Source: a virus. From it: 46,615 bases of DNA. The translations under genes and the position numbers were made by a program. The stretch's first letter is position 1, and each line of letters opens with the position of its first letter. The stretch is taken from IMG/VR virus record IMGVR_UViG_3300045988_123937, positions 1 to 46,615 of that record; one strand, given 5' to 3'. Under the pieces are notes generated by a model, which made no database searches, was not told where the DNA came from, and saw only the letters and a program-made list of their open reading frames with translations. This document shows positions 42,919 through 46,615 of this stretch, in pieces.

Positions 42919-42920
42919 GA

Positions 42921-43499
42921 TTAGGCCGCTGCCGAACACAGCGATTCGAGCGCCGCCTTCGTCGTTGCGTAGTCCGTCTTGTAGAAGAACAGATTAGGAG
43001 TAGGGGCCCCGGTTTCGGTGATATTGCCGATCCATCCGCCGACATCTCCGCTCTTGTCCATATTCATATCTACGCCAGTCGCGCCCTGCTCCCAGCCGAT
43101 GACGCCGAACGCCTGTTTGCCCGCGTCGCCTTTCTCCATGTTTTCGTAGATGCAGACATATTTGTCCTGCTTCAATCCGAGAACTGCGGCGGCATTCTCC
43201 GGGCTGTCAGCCAAAAGGGTAACGGGGAGAACCTTGTCCCATGCGGCGTCGATGCTCGGGTTTTGGTCTGTGATGGTGATCGCCGGGGTTTCATTCGACG
43301 GGTTCCGGACCTTGTAACCCCGCTTGCCAGTCAGGGCCACCAAGTTGGTAATCACGAAGCCTTCGCGTGTGGATTTGTCCCAGTCGATAGCATCCCGGGA
43401 GATGAAATAGAAAAACTTTTCCACGCCTTTTGCGTGGGGCTCGTTGCAATCATTGAGAATGTCTCGCCCGAGCGTAGTGGTACATGCCTGTACTGCCAT
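42921..43499 (-). CDS. Tail structural protein, 192 aa
   Basis: First ORF downstream of the tape measure. Confidence 0.55.
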   Translation of the reverse strand: MAVQACTTTLGRDILNDCNEPHAKGVEKFFYFISRDAIDWDKSTREGFVITNLVALTGKRGYKVRNPSNETPAITITDQNPSIDAAWDKVLPVTLLADSPENAAAVLGLKQDKYVCIYENMEKGDAGKQAFGVIGWEQGATGVDMNMDKSGDVGGWIGNITETGAPTPNLFFYKTDYATTKAALESLCSAAA

Positions 43500-43659
43500 T
43501 AGTTTGATGTGTTAAGTTAGACAAAGCACTCGCGCTTATGGCAGATTCGGCCACTACAGGGTGGTGATATGTAGGTGTTATTTCGTACATGATTCCGCGG
43601 CTTATATCTTCATAAGCGTTCGTGACAAAGGTGTAAACCTTCGGCACGTTGTGCAATAA

Positions 43660-46098
43660 TTATTTGTATTTTTTTCGCCCCAATTTTCCGAGGCTGTTTT
43701 GAACCTTGACCCGCTTCTGCCCCTTGTTGATGTCAACCACCGAAACAATGGGCGCCGGCATATTCATCAGGGCCCGTTCCATCATGCGCTCCATCCCCTT
43801 CATTCCGTCGTTGCGCTGGGGAAGATTCGATACTTGGATGGCGTTTCCACCGCTTGCCACGTTCATGGCCGATAGCATTGCGCCCCAGTCGTTGACAGCC
43901 TGGGCGGTCATCACAGCTTCGCCGTTGGATAACATTGCGGGGATGCTGTCCGAAGTTCCGGAGCCCGGCCCTGTGACAAGACCGCCGGAGGCGTATTTCG
44001 GGGTCTCTGCTGAATCTGTTATTTGTGTAGCTTGCGCAATGGCTGCGACTACCGTAGCGATACTTGACGCAATAGTTATCGGTATCATGAACCACGGTGC
44101 TTTAGCTGACGAGGCTACGGCGTTGGCTATGGCTTCGGCCTGCGCTAAAACAACCTGAAATACGGCCAATGTTTTCGCAAATTCCGCATAACGTTCGCCC
44201 TCTCCGCCCAGTGCATCGAACATTGCAGAAAAGGCCCCTGTCATGCCTGATAATTTGCTGAGAGTTTGCGCCGTCTGCCGTGCTGCCTCTTGCGCTGTGC
44301 GGTCCTGCTCCCGGGCGATGCTCTGTTCGGCGTTCGCTATCTGCATACGGAGGTCGAGCCGTTGGCGTTGCAGCTCCACATCGTCCCAGCCTAACCGATT
44401 GATAAGCTCTTCATTGCTGGCTATATCGTCCAACTGCGCCAGTTGTTCTTTGGCTATTGTAATAGCTTCTTTTGCAACCCCTAAACTTCCGCCCGACAAT
44501 GCGGCTTCAGTAAGCCTATTTTGATACTTTCGCGCCTGCTCTTCTAATTGCGATTTGAAGCCTTTAGTAATATCACTATCTCCAGCCTTGAAAGCATCGG
44601 CCAACTCTTTATCCAGAGCATTACCGATTGCCGCAATGTCTTTTACGATGGATTCCCGCGCGGCTTTTACTGCTCGGGCTCGCTGCTCCGCAAGTGTTAT
44701 GCCTTTCTTTATTTTCTCATTTACTTTATCATTGGCGGCCTCCTCAATGCCTGCGGCGTCAAGGATTTCATGGGCCTGTTTTTCATATTTCGCTTGCAAT
44801 TTTGTATAAATACTGCCTGTATCCAATGCCGCATTTCGCTGTTCGTTTATTTTATCTATTTCAGCTTGATGCTGGTTTATCATTGCCTGCGAAGCTCGTA
44901 TCTGGCGTTGATATATATCGGCCGTTAGGCCGCCATACATCTTTTCTCGTTCTGCTTTTTGTTTTATATAATAATCTCTTAATCGTTCCGATTTGGCAAG
45001 ATCATCCTCCGTTTCTGCGACAACTTTTATGTATTTTTCATATTGCTCAGATGCTAATTTCTGCGCCGCAGCAGCCTGCGCCCTCAATTGCAAAGATTGA
45101 ATGAAATCATCGGTACGTTCAACAAGTAATTTCTCTGCATCATTAACATTGTTTACCTGTACCCCGAGATCGTCGAATGCGTCTTTATTATCGACAATGA
45201 ACTGCTTTCGCACCTTTAGATCGTCCCCTAAAGCCCTCCATTGCATTTGCAATTCTTTCACTTTGGCGATTTGTTCACCGATGCCGTACCCGTCTTTCTT
45301 CAAAGCGTCATTCACCTTATCTTGTGCCTCGGCCATAGAGAGCGCCGCTTCTTTGGCCGTAAACAATCCCTTTACCCACGTTCCAATCTCTTTACCGTAG
45401 GCTGTCAGCAGAGTAATGCCCACAACCAAAGCCGTCTGCCAGGAAAAGATGGACGAAATAACCTGCCGGAACACCGGAATAGTCGCTTTCCCCTCGGCTC
45501 GCAACGCTTTGTTGGCCACCCTTGCCCGGGTCAGTTCATCGGCAAGCATCGGCAGGTTATTGGAAATCGCCAGAAAAAACTGCTGGGCGGATATCGTGAG
45601 CGACGGAAATTCCCGGGCGAGTTGCTGTACTTGGAATGCAAGCGGAGTAAAACCTTTTGCTGCACTCGCATAGTTACCGACATTATCTCGAAAGTTTAGC
45701 AACGATGCGTTAGCCTCATTTAATTCGGTTTGCATCTCCCGGATTTTTGCGCTTAATTCTCCTCCGATTTTCGCATTGTTCCGTTCCTCTCGGCTCAATT
45801 TATTGTATTGAGCTGTTAATTTCTGAATACCGGCTCGTAAATTTTCGACGCTGCCATCCAGTTTAACCTCTTCGCGGATATTGGCTTGAATCTCTCGGGT
45901 ATAGGCCGACATCTCGGTACGCAACGCTTTGATAATCTGCGCTTGCTTGGCAACACCCTCGGAATCTCCTGCTTCCTTGAACTTTTGCAGTTTGGCTTTT
46001 GCTGTGTCAATAGCTGTCGAGGCGGCCTCCCACCCTTTAATTAAATCCGAGTATCTGAACTGGATATTAATAATCTTGTCGATAGTGTCCTGTGCCAT
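43660..46098 (-). CDS. Tail tape measure protein, 812 aa
   Basis: Long alpha-helical/coiled-coil sequence with a central hydrophobic block (ALVVGITLLTAYG) and a Gly-rich C-terminus. Confidence 0.85.
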   Translation of the reverse strand: MAQDTIDKIINIQFRYSDLIKGWEAASTAIDTAKAKLQKFKEAGDSEGVAKQAQIIKALRTEMSAYTREIQANIREEVKLDGSVENLRAGIQKLTAQYNKLSREERNNAKIGGELSAKIREMQTELNEANASLLNFRDNVGNYASAAKGFTPLAFQVQQLAREFPSLTISAQQFFLAISNNLPMLADELTRARVANKALRAEGKATIPVFRQVISSIFSWQTALVVGITLLTAYGKEIGTWVKGLFTAKEAALSMAEAQDKVNDALKKDGYGIGEQIAKVKELQMQWRALGDDLKVRKQFIVDNKDAFDDLGVQVNNVNDAEKLLVERTDDFIQSLQLRAQAAAAQKLASEQYEKYIKVVAETEDDLAKSERLRDYYIKQKAEREKMYGGLTADIYQRQIRASQAMINQHQAEIDKINEQRNAALDTGSIYTKLQAKYEKQAHEILDAAGIEEAANDKVNEKIKKGITLAEQRARAVKAARESIVKDIAAIGNALDKELADAFKAGDSDITKGFKSQLEEQARKYQNRLTEAALSGGSLGVAKEAITIAKEQLAQLDDIASNEELINRLGWDDVELQRQRLDLRMQIANAEQSIAREQDRTAQEAARQTAQTLSKLSGMTGAFSAMFDALGGEGERYAEFAKTLAVFQVVLAQAEAIANAVASSAKAPWFMIPITIASSIATVVAAIAQATQITDSAETPKYASGGLVTGPGSGTSDSIPAMLSNGEAVMTAQAVNDWGAMLSAMNVASGGNAIQVSNLPQRNDGMKGMERMMERALMNMPAPIVSVVDINKGQKRVKVQNSLGKLGRKKYK

Positions 46099-46129
46099 AT
46101 TTCTTCATATGGGTTAAATGGTTAATAAA

Positions 46130-46516
46130 TTAAGCCGACTTTGCTTTCTGGGATACTGCCACCTGCCGGCGCACGGCGTCGTTCTCCTGAATTCCCAGAA
46201 TGACAGGGTTGTAATTAATTTCTTCGGTTCCCGTGTTTTCGGGGGCGTAGATAGACAGATACAGATCGCCGTCCTCCTCGTACAGATCGACATAAAGGCG
46301 GGAATCGTAATCGACGATATAGGGCGTTCCGTTCGATGTTATGGCATACGCTGTGCCGTTAATGCCGTCCGCTTCTGCAACCCATTGGCTGTCTTCATTC
46401 TTGCCGTCCAAGCGCAGATAATACGTTGCTGCCACCACTCCGTCTACTTTCAGTTTCAGCAGTTGGCAGTCGCAGATGTCGTTTTCGCCTGTTTCTACCG
46501 AATATATGGCGAATAT
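46130..46516 (-). CDS. C-terminal 128 codons plus stop of the 736-aa junction-spanning tail protein (N-terminal part at 1824..1)
   Basis: Frame continuity across 1/46516; the GTG start reported at 46540 is an artefact of window linearisation. Confidence 0.8.
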   Translation of the reverse strand: MFAIYSVETGENDICDCQLLKLKVDGVVAATYYLRLDGKNEDSQWVAEADGINGTAYAITSNGTPYIVDYDSRLYVDLYEEDGDLYLSIYAPENTGTEEINYNPVILGIQENDAVRRQVAVSQKAKSA

Positions 46517-46615
46517 CTGCCCGAATTGGGCTATATACACCGGCTTCGTGTAGTCGAGGTTGTAGAGATCGAGAGCCGTGAGTTTTGCCCGAATGGTGAT
46601 GATCCGCAGACGGTC
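46517..46615. repeat. Second copy of the 99-bp terminal overlap
   Basis: Identical to 1..99. Confidence 0.9.

Larger units (their letters stand above)
1..46516. mobile_element. Complete temperate tailed-phage genome (circular or circularly permuted), with integrase/excisionase/attP, lysogeny switch, and packaging, head, tail and lysis modules
   Basis: Full set of phage modules; the window ends overlap exactly by 99 bp; an ORF reads in frame across the junction. Confidence 0.9.

Noticed and set aside
43450-43656. 68-aa TTG-initiated ORF between the tape measure and the next tail gene
   Set aside because: It has a non-ATG start, overlaps the next gene by 50 nt, and shows no convincing sequence features. 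It is left unannotated, though a short gene here cannot be excluded.
1-46615. Genome-wide TAG reassignment (suppressor-tRNA phage)
   Set aside because: Only one in-frame TAG was found (YopX). Many genes terminate at TAG with tight coupling to the next start. No tRNA has a canonical U33-CUA-R37 loop.
46517-46615. True direct terminal repeat (physical genome ends)
   Set aside because: The repeat lies in the middle of a continuous ORF, and its length matches a typical assembler k-mer overlap. It is more simply explained as closure of a circular assembly.

Overview
The window is one complete, circularly closed genome of a temperate tailed phage. Bases 1-99 are repeated exactly at 46517-46615, so the unique length is 46,516 bp. 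The host is probably Bacteroidota: several operons carry TTTG / TAnnTTTG promoter boxes, there is a tyrosine integrase, and the attP region carries a tRNA 3' fragment.

Layout:
- A minus-strand late operon starts near 10.2 kb and runs down through coordinate 1, then re-enters at 46516. It encodes small and large terminase, portal, HK97-type protease and capsid, connector and tail genes, an 812-aa tape measure, fibres and a LamG-like receptor-binding protein, and a lysis cassette. It ends in a 7-gene cassette of unknown function (37.1-34.4 kb) next to attP and int.
- Coordinates 10.4-14.8 kb hold a small plus-strand operon, an A+T-rich secreted-protein moron and two paralogous XRE-HTH control modules.
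- A plus-strand early operon (14.8-32.7 kb) encodes regulators, an RNA island, a Dam-family methyltransferase, ERF and NinB recombination genes, a replication initiator with internal iterons, a VRR-NUC / pentapeptide / PAPS-reductase-like block with a ghost C5-methyltransferase, many small ORFs and an excisionase.

Five signals look most unusual:
1. A gene-free ~520-nt segment (16.02-16.54 kb) is packed with GNRA-capped hairpins. It begins with an aberrant tRNA-like element and lies beside two tRNAs, so it is a candidate large structured RNA.
2. Two tRNA-like genes have non-canonical or expanded anticodon loops, and the same genome carries an in-frame TAG in a YopX gene and a 1-nt frame break in a decapeptide-repeat gene.
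3. Two G:C 10-mers sit inside GC hairpins just upstream of accessory genes.
4. Tandem repeats lie inside the methyltransferase and the replication initiator.
5. A Cys-rich accessory cassette sits next to attP.

All functional calls come from motifs read by eye and recalled family signatures. No database search or folding program was run.
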